Of a stretch of DNA of 64,000 bases, positions 11,501-26,297 are shown piece after piece (position 1 is the first letter of the stretch; each line of letters starts with the position of its first letter). The notes under the pieces were generated by a model. The model searched no databases and had not been told where the DNA came from. It worked only from the letters and a program-made list of their open reading frames with translations. Source of the stretch: Tubiluchus corallicola (taxonomy: Eukaryota; Animalia; Priapulida); contig JAQGDQ010000518.1 in NCBI GenBank assembly GCA_030141605.1, positions 1-64,000 on the forward strand. Direction: 5' to 3'. The translations under genes and the position numbers were made by a program.

Positions 11501-14500
11501 ACACCGGGGCAGTACGAGTTTGTCAGCCTGCATGCACACTGGGGCAGTACGAGTTTGTCAGCCTGCATGCACGCCTGGGCAGTATGAGTTTGTCAGCCTG
11601 CATGCACACCGGGGCAGTACGAGTTTGTCAGCCTGCATGCACACCGGAGCAGTACGAGTTTGTCAGCCTGCATGCACACCTGGGCAGTACGAGTTTGTCA
11701 GCCTGCATGCACACCTGGGCAGTAAGAGTTTGTCAGCCTGCATGCACACCGGGGCAGTACGAGTTTGTCAGCCTGCATGCACACCGGAGCAGTACGAGTT
11801 TGTCAGCCTGCATGCACACCGGAGCAGTACGAATTTGTCAGCCTGCCTGCACACCTGGGCAGTACGAGTTTGCCTGCATTTATCGAAGCCGCACTCTTAT
11901 AAAAATCTATGTTAGACATCGTAGTGTTAAAAGCCATCGTAGTAAAGGTAATGCGGATTTGTTTTGTTTAAGAAACATGATCAGTCTCGAACTTGTGCTG
12001 GAAAGAGTGCCAGTTATTTCTGCTTCACCCTCAATACATGAGCTATAGACTTGCTTACAATTTAAAAAGTTGGCTACACTTTCCGACTAACTATATATAA
12101 CAATTACACTAAATAGTTTCAACTAGTAAGTACATCTAGGTACCATCCAGGTTTTACGGGAAAAGCCACAGCATAACGGACGACACCGCAACACTAGGAT
12201 ATGCACTCTATATTTTTCCAGGGGAAAATCGCGAGAAAGGTTTAGTACCAGCACGACAAAAGTTTTTTTGTTTTCTGTTTTCCCCAGACGTCCCAAATAA
12301 ACACAAAAATTTAGCGGGTTGGTCCTTGTGCCATGCATCAAACAAGTTTTTGTGGAAATTAGAGTTTTTGGGTAACTCTGTTCACTGTCAAACAGGCAAA
12401 CAAACTGTCCTGAAAGCATAACCTTCCAGATATACGAGATTTTATTATACTCATTGTAGAGAGAGTAGGCCTACATCTCTGCAAAATGGTTAGTATCGCA
12501 TCCACACAAAAAATAAGTTATAATGTTCCAAAATGGGAGCCATTTTTGCATAATTAACACGTAAAAAAGGGAAATATGATAATAAGTAACTAATAAAACA
12601 AATTCCGTTGATGTTTTGCTTTATGGCCGTAGATTGAGGCAAGAACGAGTTTACCTTACCTGATCAACTATTACCATGTGTTGAAAGTCAGCCTGTTTAT
12701 CTTCCTTAAGACAACATGCTACTTGAAATAAACTGTGGAACTTAAAAGACAGGACAGCATCGACTTTCTTCCTGAAGCTGCCATTTGATAAACCAAGTTT
12801 CTCTGCAATGAGAAGAAAAAATCGATCTTAATCCTGCAAAAATGAGTTGCTGGAAATTCAAAAAAACTTAAAATCAGCTCCAACCGCACAGGTTAATGTA
12901 CCATAACTTTTTAGATACGAAAACTAAACTTTTCCATCAGGTTCTCTTAACTCCTTCAGGACCGCACCATTCAAAATAGATCTTATAAGACCTTTGACTT
13001 TTCCGCTACTGAGTGCGCACAGACATAACTAAATGATTAAAAATTAGACACTGTTCTATCAGAAGAATATCGAATATCCAATCATGCTATTTGTTTAAAT
13101 ATTTATAAGTGATTTAATTGGATAAAATTAAGAAAAACACGCCCTTTTCAGCCACTCCAACTTAGCCTATTGAGTAGCTTAGTCTGGTGTACACTTACGT
13201 GATCGTACACACTAATTTATTGATTGGCTGCTTGCTACAGACAAGCTGTGTAGTGCTCTGCTGCTATTCCAGGAAAAACCAACCGATCATCCAAAGACAA
13301 ATTAAGGTCATTTCATCTTTTAACTGAAATTTCTCCTTAAAAATAGAGTAGAAGTAAGGCCAAAGTGGATCAGAGTGTTGTGTCTGAATAGTTGAAACTT
13401 TCTGTATTAGCCGATTTCACACAGGTGATACTGTACTTTGCTACAGTGAAAACACTGCAGTTACTAAAAACTTTTTCAATTTATTCGTCAGAAGTCGATT
13501 TTTAATTTGTCTAAGGTAGGCAAATGCATTTCACATATAATTTTGCATGAAAGTCCATTGTGTGAGGAATAGATATCTACAAAAAATTTCAAATATAACA
13601 TCATCGCTGCTTAGTGAGAGCAGTTTTTCATGAATCCATGCAAAATGCAGCGAACGCTTATAGTCATGACGGAGTTAATGCACAGGAAAGTTCGCTAGTT
13701 ACCACCTCAGTATAACTGGCCATTCAATTTGACCCAAAACTTATCTAGTGAACTAGTTCAATGGCTTAATTTGAAGGGAATGGGTAAAAACAAGCAAACC
13801 AAAACATTGTAAGCTTTCAGTGTTAAAAACAAACAAAGAAACATACTTATCATTTTGCTAAGATTACTTCCACCGTCATCAGCTTGTGGTTCGGCAGCAG
13901 ACTGTGTGGTCTCTCTTGTTCCCCAGCTTACTTGATTCAAGTTGCAAATGGAATAAATCATCAGCAAAATGAATGTAGAAGGGATGGCAAGAAAGTATAT
14001 GAGCTGTAAGACATAATGACAGGTTATCTAGATACAAAAGTAAAGAAGCTGGTAATCATAACAACGTTTATAATATTAACTATATTTCGGGAAACCACCG
14101 CTCCCTTTATCAGGTTACATAAAATTAAGGACGTAGAATTCCTGATGTCATTTAAACAATGTAAAAGCAAATTGAAATGGAATAACAAAATAGTTGCTAT
14201 GGTAGACCTGAAATATACTTATTACTTATCCAATTGGATATACGTATTCTACAGGCATTGAAATGCAATCATTACTCGAATTTGTATTGCAACTGGCTGT
14301 AAGTATTTGACATTCTGGAATTCTATGTGATTAATTTTATGTAACCTAGCGAAGGGAGCAGTAGTTCCCCGAAATATCGTTAATGCTAATACATCTTATT
14401 GTGATTAACTATCTCTTTATTATTGCTATGTTTTTACAACATCACTTATCATAGATACAGTTTGGGTGATCAAAAATAATTTTTGTTTTAATGGCACCTA

Positions 14501-17494
14501 GTTTGCCAGACATAGTTTTAAAGGTAACTTCTTGTCAAGCTCAAAAGTCAGTGAGAAAGCTGGAAGTAGACGACATCAGGCTTTTCTGGTGACATCTTTA
14601 CTTTCAAGTATAACAGTATCAAAAATCATAGAAATGTACATCACAGAAATGTACAATCTTAAAAAGCTGTTATTTTGAATTACCAGATGAACGATACAGG
14701 TAAACTCTTGTGGGTGGAGTACAGCAGCAAACACAAAGCTGCCTAATATGATCCAGAAGAAAAAGGCTGTTGGGCCCAAGATGCTTGTTGACACAATCTG
14801 CACAAGAGTACCCACAATAACAATAGTCATTTCCACTCCATATAAGCCTGTTAGAAAAGCAGCCAGTTTCAGCTGTAAAAGAACAATGATATCACTATAA
14901 ATGGACTTACTGCTACGGTTGCCGGCATTAGCCATTGGCTACATAATTAGAAATGGTGCCTGTTATGGTCAGTTTATAAAAAAACATTTTCTACGTATCT
15001 ACCTGTGTTTTGGTTGTGCCGTAAAAGCAAGACAAGCAAAATATGACTACAGGTATTGCATTGATGATTAATGAAATCCACGTTCTTCTGAGAGATTCTT
15101 CGCCGGGCTTCTGAAAAAAACATTTGCTGTATGAGCTACAGAGACCCAGCCAGAATATAGAAGTAAATAGTTAAACTACTTTGAAGAATGCTACAGCATC
15201 AAGTAGAAGCATGGTATGATTACTTGCTTCTCTTTCTACTTGATTGACATAAAGTAATTAAGCTAACATGGCACAATGACTGCTCTTTGTAGTTCACTGG
15301 GTTCCCTATTGGGTTCTAGCTGTGACGTGAGAACATTCTCAAATTTAACAATAAGAATTTATGCATTGGCTCTTATAAATTAGAAATTATACAAAAACAT
15401 ATAATATATTAATTACATCGCTATTATATTTATAATGTACTTGGTGTTTAGTCACAGCCTGGTAATCAGCCTCGCACAGGACCATGACACAAAACCTCAT
15501 TACGGTTTCTGGCGCCGACGAGAGCGCTTCATTAGTGGATTCTAGTCTGCTTCTATATATGATTTTCATGTATCTTATCCACGTTGTTTTATACGTATAT
15601 AATAAATGGTTACTCTTTAATACTGTGCTGATCAGTTTTCGGTTTGGTCGTTCATCATGTTACAGTAGTATAAGAATATGTGTGCGTATATAGTTAATTA
15701 ACCATGACATTTTATAAATAATGTATGGTCTATTCGAAGTTCTATTCTGTAAGAGAAATTTCACAAACACACAACAAATAAATGTTTATCAAAGTATGTA
15801 ATTAAAGCACTGTACATGTAATGTACGCTATACATTATATACTTATTAATTCATTGTTGTATAAATTATATATTATATGCAAAAACGAGTGTTAATGTAA
15901 GTCAATTTGTTAGATTATATGGAACTGCAGTTATCAAAATTTTATGTCTTTAATGTTGAATTAAGGTGACATGGTAAATAAATGCAATACTAACTGTTGG
16001 AAAAGCTGCTGAAAGGGCACCGACTACCATAAGGAAGGTAACTCCAGGTCCTAAGATGCTGGTACCAAGTAGGAATGACTGGTATGCAATGTACAGCCAT
16101 GATATGGTTTGGTTCTTCTTAATTGTCTGCTTGGCGGCTGTTTAACAGTTAAGCATGTAATCACAGTCATTTAGAGACAAAGCTATTAACACAAAAAATG
16201 AAAGCTGCAGATAATGTATATAAATTTTTGATTTTTTTAAATGCACATTTGGCAATTATGCACTGGAAACTGTTATGAAATGTCCCAATCTCAATGAGTA
16301 GATTGTTCACAGAAGGTATTTTTGGTGCTAATATATGTTTCTAATTGTTCTCTGGTTAACAATGAATGCTGTCTTTCGATCATGACAAAGAAATCAAAAA
16401 ATTCACTGACTGTAACATTTGCAACTAACTTATTAACAGATCTATGATGTTGGCAATAGTTGATGGCATCCATCTTCTTCTTTGATTGAAGAATTCATCT
16501 AGCGCTTCAGGACAGTAAGTGTAAGCGTCAGCAGCTGCACAGTATTCAATACGAAATCCTTGTTGAAGAAGCAAAGTGCAAAGCCATCTAAATTATTATA
16601 TTAAGCCGTTATTTCTGTAAACATTTCCTATGGCGCATGTTGCGTCTGTGCCTCTAATGCGTATGCGTAGGGGTCGTGGTGAAGGCATTATTTTACTTTC
16701 CCGCGTTTTAGGTAGCAGCACTCGCCATGTGGGCGCAAAATGGATTTGTTGTCTGCTAAATTTGCATTCTGCTTTTGCTTCTGTTAGTTAGTGGGTAAAT
16801 TCTTGGCTAGCTCAACATAGTAAGTTGCTTTTTTTGTTAGTAGAAAAGGTATTTAACAATTACCTAAATTTCACTTCTAGCGTTTGGTAAATTTTGTATA
16901 GAAAAAGATTTACTACCGTTTAAACAGTTTTTATATCATATTTATTATTAAATTTTACAGAAATAAACGGCATAGTAAAATACATTATACCATTCATGGT
17001 TGAGTATGGTTCACGGAGACGAATGCTACAATGCAAGTAAAAATTTGTTAGAATCTGACTTCCAAATTGTTTCTTGACACACAATAAACTTAAATTTTAA
17101 ATTTGTATCGAATTTTAAATGCATTTGCATTGCATTTACCTACCTGTCTTCGCCCTGATTGAACTGCAGGTAATCAACTGCACTCTCAGCTGTAGACCTG
17201 TATTTGCTAATGATGTTTGGAGCCATTAGTGCACTTGCACGGCACAAGGAAAAGCAACCTGGACTGCACAGTACACAACCAATCATGTGTTCCGTGGCTT
17301 TCTGAAGCCAGTGACCAATGGCATACTCGAATTTCTGGTACCAAACCATCGGACCTAATTAATACAAAAAATACAAATATCGTTATATGGTGAGTATAAT
17401 CTATAAGCTAAATCTTTCTCTGTCTCTTCCCCAATCTTCTCCCCTCCCTCTCATCCCTCCATCTCTTTCTCCCTCGCGAACACACTCTTTCTCA

Positions 17495-17540
<46 letters not shown>

Positions 17541-20500
17541 GTCCCTCTCCCTCTCCGATTTCTCTCTCGCTCTTCGTCCTACCCATATTCTTTTAGTTCT
17601 TCAGCTTCATAGGTGAATAAACATTGAAGTTAATTAACGTTAAATTATACTGTGAGTGCATTAAATGAGAACTATTTTAAAAGGTAGTTTCAACAAAGAG
17701 GAAGTCACTCAAAAAACATAAAAAGCCAAATTAGCCAAACCTACCAGTTCCTACAGGATGGATGCGACCACAAGCAGCAGCAACGTTGACATTCTTTTTC
17801 AATAAATCTACAAGTAGCAATACTGCTGCAGGGCTGAAGTTGACATCACCATCTAGCATAAGCAAGTAACTATTATCAGCAATGGCTTGCTTCGTTCTTG
17901 CGTCTCCTTGCTCTTTGTCCAACAAGTTCCAACCCAGTAGGTAATACAAGTACATCACCTGCATATTTAGCAAGAAATGACATTCACGCTCACTCTATCA
18001 CTTCTTATCTTATCTACAAGGATATTTAAGCTAATAAGTTGTAGTACGTAAATGTTCGATTTTGCATACAGATCAGTTAAAAAGTAGTGCCGTTTCTTTA
18101 GTGGGCACTTCCTGTAAGACACGTTCACGCATGTGAATATGCAAGATTAATATACGTAAATATTGTTTACCTGACTCCATCGCTTCTTTTGACGTATCTT
18201 TTTTACATCTTTCATGTGGAAATATACGAGGTTACCTCCTGGAAGAGTCCATTCCAACCTGCCGCCATAAGGTGTAGGTATTTTCTTGAAATCCAGTGCA
18301 TCAATAGCAGCACCTGTGATAGCTCTAAAATAAAAGAATAAATAAACATTATATCAAAGCACATTAAATGTAAATGTAGCGAGGGTTCCGTCTTTATAGA
18401 TGCCTAAACGTCCTTATTATTTTTATTTGGAAAGACTGAACTCTTTTTTGTGTCGTGGATTCCCTGTTCTGATCGCTCGGAGTTTTCTCTTGTGGTGTAA
18501 CTTTTTTTGGAATTCCTCAAGCGACTAGCTCTGTTCTGCGCTCTAATCAACATCTTTTCTCATTCTGCCTGGCAAGTTGACAGAGAAAGGACTGCCCAAA
18601 AAACTGTCACGGTTAAATGAATAGAAAAAGGATAGACAAATATCTTATATCGTTTGTCGTATTGATTTATTGTGGAACAGTGTCTAGTTATTTAACCATC
18701 GAATAAAGGTGGTTTATATCGTTTTTAAATGCAACCACGCTGTTCTGAATATGTTATAATGTGTAATAATCAGGCATTTATAATTAAAAAGACTACAATG
18801 GTTGTTTCGAAAAAGTTTGGTTAGTGTCAGCAAAATCTTTGAAAAAATTGAGGCTTTGAAAGTGTAAAAACCTGCTTCAAAATTGACCCAGGTAATGTAA
18901 TCTTACACTCACACACAATTTTTGAGAGTTTTTGAGTGATTCTCCAGCTCAGTATTAGGAGTGTGGATAAAAATGGCACAGGAAAAATGGAACAGGTACA
19001 AATGGCACAGGTAAAAATGGCACAGAAAAAATGAAAATAAGTTTAGGATTGCTTAGCTTTGGCAGAGATCTGCTTCCTACTGAGCACATTCTAATTTTAT
19101 TATAGAAATCAATTGCATCAAAACAACATATGTGCGATTTTTTCTACATTTCCATTTGTGCAATTTTTTTCGGTGCCATTTTTACCCTGCTATTTTTCCC
19201 GTGCCATATTACCTGTACCATTTTTACCTCTGCCATTTTTACCTGTGCTATTTTTGCTTGTACGACTTTTTCCTGTACCATTTTTACCTGTGCCATTTTT
19301 ACCGGTATTAGAATCAATGCTGTCGTTGAGGGCTGCTGGCAGAGTAGCACGCCACATGCCACTAGGTGAAGTGACGAATTTTCTGGGAAATTTTTCGGGG
19401 TCAAATTATTTTTTCGGAACAATTTCGTCTAGAAACTAAGCCTTCTTACGTTTTTCGTTCTGTAACATTTTGTCTGATTTTTTGTTATTTTTCCTACCTA
19501 CCTGGCAGCATCTGTCAGAACACGAATGAATTGTTTCACAAATCCGTTGACAACAGGTGCTGACGGATCTCCATTTCTGTAGTCAAAAGCATTATCCATG
19601 AAAATGTGGCACTCGAATATGTAAAAATCGTTGTCCGTTTGGTTGAAATAGTCTCTGGCCAATCTGCGTGCGCACTGATCTTGATCGGTTCTGTATTAAA
19701 CAATTCTTTTATCTTAATGTCCTCCATCAAAGCATTTTTAATATTTACTTAACAAGGTACAGTACACTGTATTAAAGGAAAACCGGACGATTGTGTAGAC
19801 ATTAGTTCAGAATAAAAATGCTCTAAAATATTGAAAACTACAATAGCTTTTTTAAATCAAAGCTTAGCATAAATAATAACTATCTCGGATACTCAAAATT
19901 TTGTTAAAATTTCAAAGCTACACGCGGCTCAGTGAATCTACTAAGATTGACAACTGCGCCTTTTTGTCACATGGGCGTGGCCGACAAATAGAAGGCGGTA
20001 CCGTGACAACCATGATCATGAACTGCAGAGCTAGCTTCTGCCGTCATATGATGTAGAGCCCATTTTCGTGACATCACGTGTTTAAGCAATAACACTTACG
20101 CAAACGTGTTTGAAAGGGAAGATGCTTACAATTGCACAAACTTTGACGTAAGCAAGAGGTTACTTTCTGACATAATATTATAATAGACGTGTTCGGTTAC
20201 CATTAATTAACTTTCTAGGCTAATTATTCAAATATAGGAAACAATATAAAAAACTATTATAGGCAAGAAAATGTATATTTTGGGCAGTAAATTAAAGTGA
20301 GATTGAGTCTAAACAATCGTCCGGTTTTCCTTTAACAATACACACTTTTAGCTTTTCTCAACTTTACGTTCAAGTAGAACGTTGACGTCACACGTTACGA
20401 GTTTGCATTGTATAATAATTTTTATACAGTAATATCATTAACTAGAGCAGTTTTTATATTGTTTTCCATAAAAGCCTACGAGAAATTAATAAAACGTGGT

Positions 20501-23500
20501 AATAATTCTCATTTGTATAACACCAATTCTTCCATAACACAAAGTCTGTTTTCAAAAATTTCATTGTACGCCACAACTATAAGATGTATCTTGGGGCACC
20601 AACAAAACAATTTTCTGCCTCCCTCCTCCCAATCAAGGAGCCAAGCGTATACTCATACCTGAATATCGATTTCATCAGTTCCCTCATTTCCTGTGCTGTT
20701 TCGTGCCACATCGTAGCCACAAAATATATTCTTGTAGTGATTTCTTCGACAGCGGGAGCTGGTTTCCCATTTTTTGAAAAGTGATTTACCAGATCAGCAT
20801 TAGGATCAATGCTCTCATTGAGGGCTTCCCGCAGGGTTGCATTTAGACGCCCCAAACCGCTCTGGAATAATGGAAGTAGTCGAAACAGTGAGCCAAAGTT
20901 TTATGGAATAGTAAGTATACAATAGTAGTACTTACTAATAATAGTAATATAATAGTAATTATTATAGTAAGTGTACCTTAGCTCAACAATACGACTAAAA
21001 ACAGCAAGAAAACAATCATTATGTTACTACGCTTATGTTGCAAAGATATGGATAAATTTTCTATAATTTACATGCATATCTTCGTGAATTGTGTTAGCTG
21101 AACTACGGTTTTTTCTTATAGAGTCAAGTTTCAGCTGTCAGTCACATCTTTCTTGAATTCTTTTCAAACGTCTCGATCTAATATTTCTACTTCGTTAACA
21201 CTTTTGCAAATTTAAACTTCTACTTCGTTAACACTTTTGCAAATTTAAACTAAGTATTATCATCAGTTACTTTTTCAGTGATTAGAAACCTGTCTACCTT
21301 GTCTAAATCCAGGTTAGCAAGTTTATCGTCTCTATTTCTGTTCAATACAAGGCCAACATCAAACAATACACCACAAAAGAATGGTCGAACGAAGATTCTG
21401 AAACAGACATAACACTTGACTAGGCTTTATAACAGATTAATAATATTTGACCAAGGTCAACAAGTAAATTTGCGGTTCATTCACAGAATTTTTACATTTA
21501 CACAAAAACTATTTCAACTCCGAGATGTGGAATTCCCAGAAACAGCCCATGTAGACTAGGTATGAACATACGTAGCTGCTAACGTAGTATTCTCAACTGT
21601 ATAGGTCGACTTAAGTGGTTGTAAAGAACAAATTAAAGCTAAAGTTGTAAAATATTTTAAAATCGGTGCCATGATTTTGTCAGACACGACAACTAAAAAA
21701 ACGTTTTTAGAATGTTGCAACTGCGCAGATTCGTGGAAATGTCAGTGCTGTCACGTGAGAGAACGCTTAGGCCCATGTTGGCTCCCTCGCGTAGGAATTG
21801 CTTGCTCGAACTCCAAATCGAGAAAACTATATCTTGTACGTGGAAAGATCCTCGACACTTTTCTCACGTGGCATTTTGTAAACCTTGCACGACAATGAAG
21901 TAACTTGAGCTTTTGCAATTGATAAAATTTATTGACCATATAGTATTACCTTTCAAGAAATTCAAGAAATGAAGCTTACTTGCTAGATTTTGCCAGTCTC
22001 TCGATGCAGGGCGTCCACATATGAGATGTAATCCACACAAATGATATAAACCAGAAAATCCACATCCATAAGTAGAACGTTCCTACGTAATTCACGAATC
22101 CAGCCCAAGTGAACTGAGACTGACAGTTCCACGCTATAACATCTGGAATTCGGACTAGAGCATTGACGTGGTTTGACACGGAACACCTTGTGAACAAGAA
22201 TACCAGAGCTGTCGGGGTGCTTATTATTAATGGCAACCCGAAGCTGAACTCTTGAATCAAAATTTTGCAAGCAAATTTTGCGACTATGTAACCACATGTG
22301 CTGACAATACATTGTAAAAAAGCTACGATCACGGCAACTGAAGACATCTCAAACTTGAACCGCTTGCCAAAAATTAACCACAAAAACATAACCATTAGGC
22401 CAAATGAGAAGCCCACTTTCCATACGTTAATGATCAAGTAGGCCTTATGACGCCTGCGCCTGAACTGTTTCTTCACCAGAGCAATGCCAGACAGGCCTTT
22501 GAACCAAGAATCTCTTGAAACTAAGGACTCCCAGTAGCTCAGCGATATGCACACCATTGAAAAGCAGCAATACGTAGCTGTTTCAAAATCCATGGTTAAA
22601 CATATCCAAGCGAAGACGGAACATTGCATCAGGATGGCACACGTATCACAAAACAGGCAAATTCGTACGTATCTTTGTGAAGAGCTTCTATAGAGTGCTC
22701 TCAAAACACCAGGAACAATACAGACTGCGGTAAGAAGCGCTGCTCCTGGAATGGCGTCTATTATTGGAAGAATGCGGAAAGCTAGGATACATATTCCGAC
22801 TGTATGCGTAGTCTCAACACAAAACCACTAAAGTAAATGCAAAACAACGTTAGTTCGCTATGACGCTGTTCCTTAAACAGTATGTATGTCATACTCAAAA
22901 AAATATTTAGTTTTAATTTTAACGTTTTACTTTTGTTGAATTTTTTAAAATGTGATGTTTAAAATTGCATTTCTATAACAAAGAAAATAAATTCTGTTTT
23001 CTTTAAACGTTTCTTCTAATGAAGAAGAGAGTCAGCCTTTGACATTTTCTTTATTTACATATCTTAGATAGACTGTTCTATATCAGTGCCGAATTATCCT
23101 ATAGGCTAGTATAGGCTGCAGTCTAGGGCCCCCTCAAGCCTTGGGAGGTCCTCAAGCTTTCGTAACATTTGCTAAAAAAATTGTTTTCTCACTACGTCTG
23201 TCTTGAAATAAATAGTGAAATAGAGGTATTTCTTGAAGAATATTTTATTGACAAACAAAGAATGGCTATTCCAGTTTATTTAAAGAATTTGCAATAAGTT
23301 TACTTCAAGCTATGTAATTGCCGCTAAAATATATCAAGAGAAAAAATATTTAAGACGGCTGCGTCTGAGGAGGCCCCAATAATTTTGTTAGACTAATAAG
23401 GGTAAAAATCATTTTTACAAAACCCATGTCAGAATTGGTCAATAACTGAATTAATCTTATTTTGCGAAAATTTAGTCAATTCTTAAAGCAAAACTTATTT

Positions 23501-26212
23501 CATTTCTTTATTTTTATTTTTTTATTTATTCATAATACATCTATGAATGCATAGGATGCACATTTCAGGAACATCTTTCACTTTTTCTTGTGAGATACAC
23601 TCTCTGGAATATGTTCTCCCCTGCAAGCTGAAGGTATTAAGTCGGTGCTGCTTTCTCTTTCTAAGTTATGTTAAAAAATGTCAAAAGCCGTCGTCAAATT
23701 AAAACACTAAATTTTAGAAAAATTTCTTTCTGTTTGTTATAGTAATACAATTTTAAACATCACATCATTAAAAATTCAAGAAAAATAAAATGTAAAACAT
23801 TACAAGCCAGTTTTATCTTGTGCATAAAAGATACACATTCAAGTCATTTTATTACAGGCACTTATAAACATTTATAGCCAAAACAACACAACATCATTAA
23901 AATGTCCAATTCACATGTGAATTGTGTTGTGTTTGTGTTGACTATGTGAACTGGAACTCTTAATAAAGATACACCTTCATTATTATTTTGTTAATTTTGT
24001 ATGCCTTTTTGACTTGTCATTTTTGTTTTATTAAAGAATATGTAGGTAATATTTGGACGGCCCTATATTACATGTTTTATTTTCCTGAATTCTTTGCTGA
24101 CGAAATACCTTCAATCGCTGCTTAACTCTAATTTTATATCTTTTCATACGTCACTCGCGAAGGGATGAGCAACCATTTATAATTATTTTAAAACACGAAG
24201 AAATTACCGCATACCTAATTTTTTATATCACTAATCATGCTGAAATTACAACTGCACATTGATGCATAAGTAACAGTATTTTAATACATACCACTGTAAA
24301 TAATCCAATTGACGGCCATTTTGTAGTACGGAACAATAGAACTTTGGAGCATCTATACAAGCTGAGGACGTGAGGAAAAGAAACTATAATCCAGACTGCA
24401 ATGAACCATCCAATGACGACATCATCTACAGATCCTACATCATCAACCGTCAGTTTAACTACTGTGCTAATGTTCCTTTTTGGTAAGAGTTCGGTTATTT
24501 GTGATGTCGTTAAGAACAAGGTCAACTTGCTGAACACAGAACAAAAGAGCAGAGCAACACAGGTAAAGAAATACGTGAGAATTTTGCAGAATTTTTCGCA
24601 TGTTGTACTAGATCGAACAGTGACGATTTGCAGGGGATCGTTCTCCCGCACGTCTCTGAATGCATCCCACTTTTCCCGCAATTTTTCACCCGAAAAGCTG
24701 GAAACAGAAAAACGAAAAACCAATTGAAGGGTATAATCTTTGTTTTAGCCCTGAAAAAAATATAAGCATGAGATTTTTACGGACGTTGCAAGCCAAAATC
24801 TATCACTTAATAGTAGATTGCTGTACCATTGGAACATCCCTAATTTTTAAAGACAATCTTTTTCAGGAGGAGAAATTAAACTCGTAGAGAAGTCTTAGTC
24901 CCGTCCGAATACATCCTCCCTCACCGACAAGGCTTTCACCTAATGCTTTTTGCTGTCAGACTATCAAATCATGTGGATCTGCAAGTTTAACTATCTTTTA
25001 AGATAGTTAAAACTCCTTCAGAACCGTAAGCGTTCGCTGCATTTTGCATCGGTTCATGAAAAACTGCTCTCACTAACCAGCGATTACATTATATTTGATA
25101 ATCGCAACGCTTTGGATTTTCATGCAAAATTATATATGAAATGCAATTGCCTACCTTAGACAAATCAAAAATCGATTTTTGACGAAAAATTGAAAAAAAA
25201 GCTTTCAGTGACTGCAGTGTTTGCACTGGAACAATCACTTGTGTGAAATTGTCTAATGCAGAAAATTTCAACTATTCAGACACAACAGTCTGATACACTT
25301 TGGCCTCAAGTCTACTTAAAAGACCACACAACAGTCTGATACACTTTGCCCTCAAGTCTACTTAAAATACCACACAACAGTCTGATACACTTTGGCCTCA
25401 AATCTACTTAAAAGACCACACAACAGTCTGATACACTTTGGCCTCAAGTCTACTTAAAAGACCTATTTTGAATGGTGTGGTCCTAAAGGCGTTAATATAT
25501 TGAGTGCCCACAAATAACCGCTGTTTACGTAAAGCTTAGGCTTATGTAGTACAAGCTGTAGCATGACCCTTTTTGCTAGGGTATATAAAAACACATACTA
25601 CAGAACACATTGCATCAACATATTACTGAATCAGTACAGCATCTATAATGTCCTCAGTATTTAGCGCGGACGCTTCTTGAGTTTTGCGCAACCTTAACCT
25701 TTGCTGGATGTATCAGAACTGAACTGTTCAAAAATTCACTTAACTCCAACCCTGCCGAAAATATGTGAATTTGCGATATCCTGAAAGATCAAGCTGAGGC
25801 TAAGATGATACAAGAACATACCAGTGTTTGGTATTCAAAAGATTAGCTTGTGAAACATCTTCAGCATCTTGAACCCTGATCTCTATTCAATTTCCGATCA
25901 TGCCTCTCAAGAATGCACGACGTTCCATACGAAATACTGAGGTCATGGTTTTCTTCAATTAATTCAGCAAGGTTTTAATGTAAACTGATTGTTCTATGTT
26001 GTTTTTTACCCTTTAAAAATGATTATATTATACGTTTTTTTAATGAATTGCAAAAAAACTTGGTCATTATGTTAATTAAGCTTAACATACCAAAATTAGT
26101 TTAACATGGTTCCAGATAAACTGTTTCAGAGACAACTGTTTAGCATAATTACCTTAGAAAACAATGACGTAGTGAATGATGTACCACATACATTCACTCA
26201 CGCATGCGCGTG

Positions 26213-26297
<85 letters not shown>

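Noticed and set aside
10576-12048. Three overlapping Cys-rich ORFs of 325-411 aa
   Set aside because: Products of the stop-free 35-bp minisatellite, antisense within CHS intron 16.
18375-18758. Possible solo LTR in CHS intron 7
   Set aside because: TGT start and AATAAA are present, but there is no CA end or TSD.
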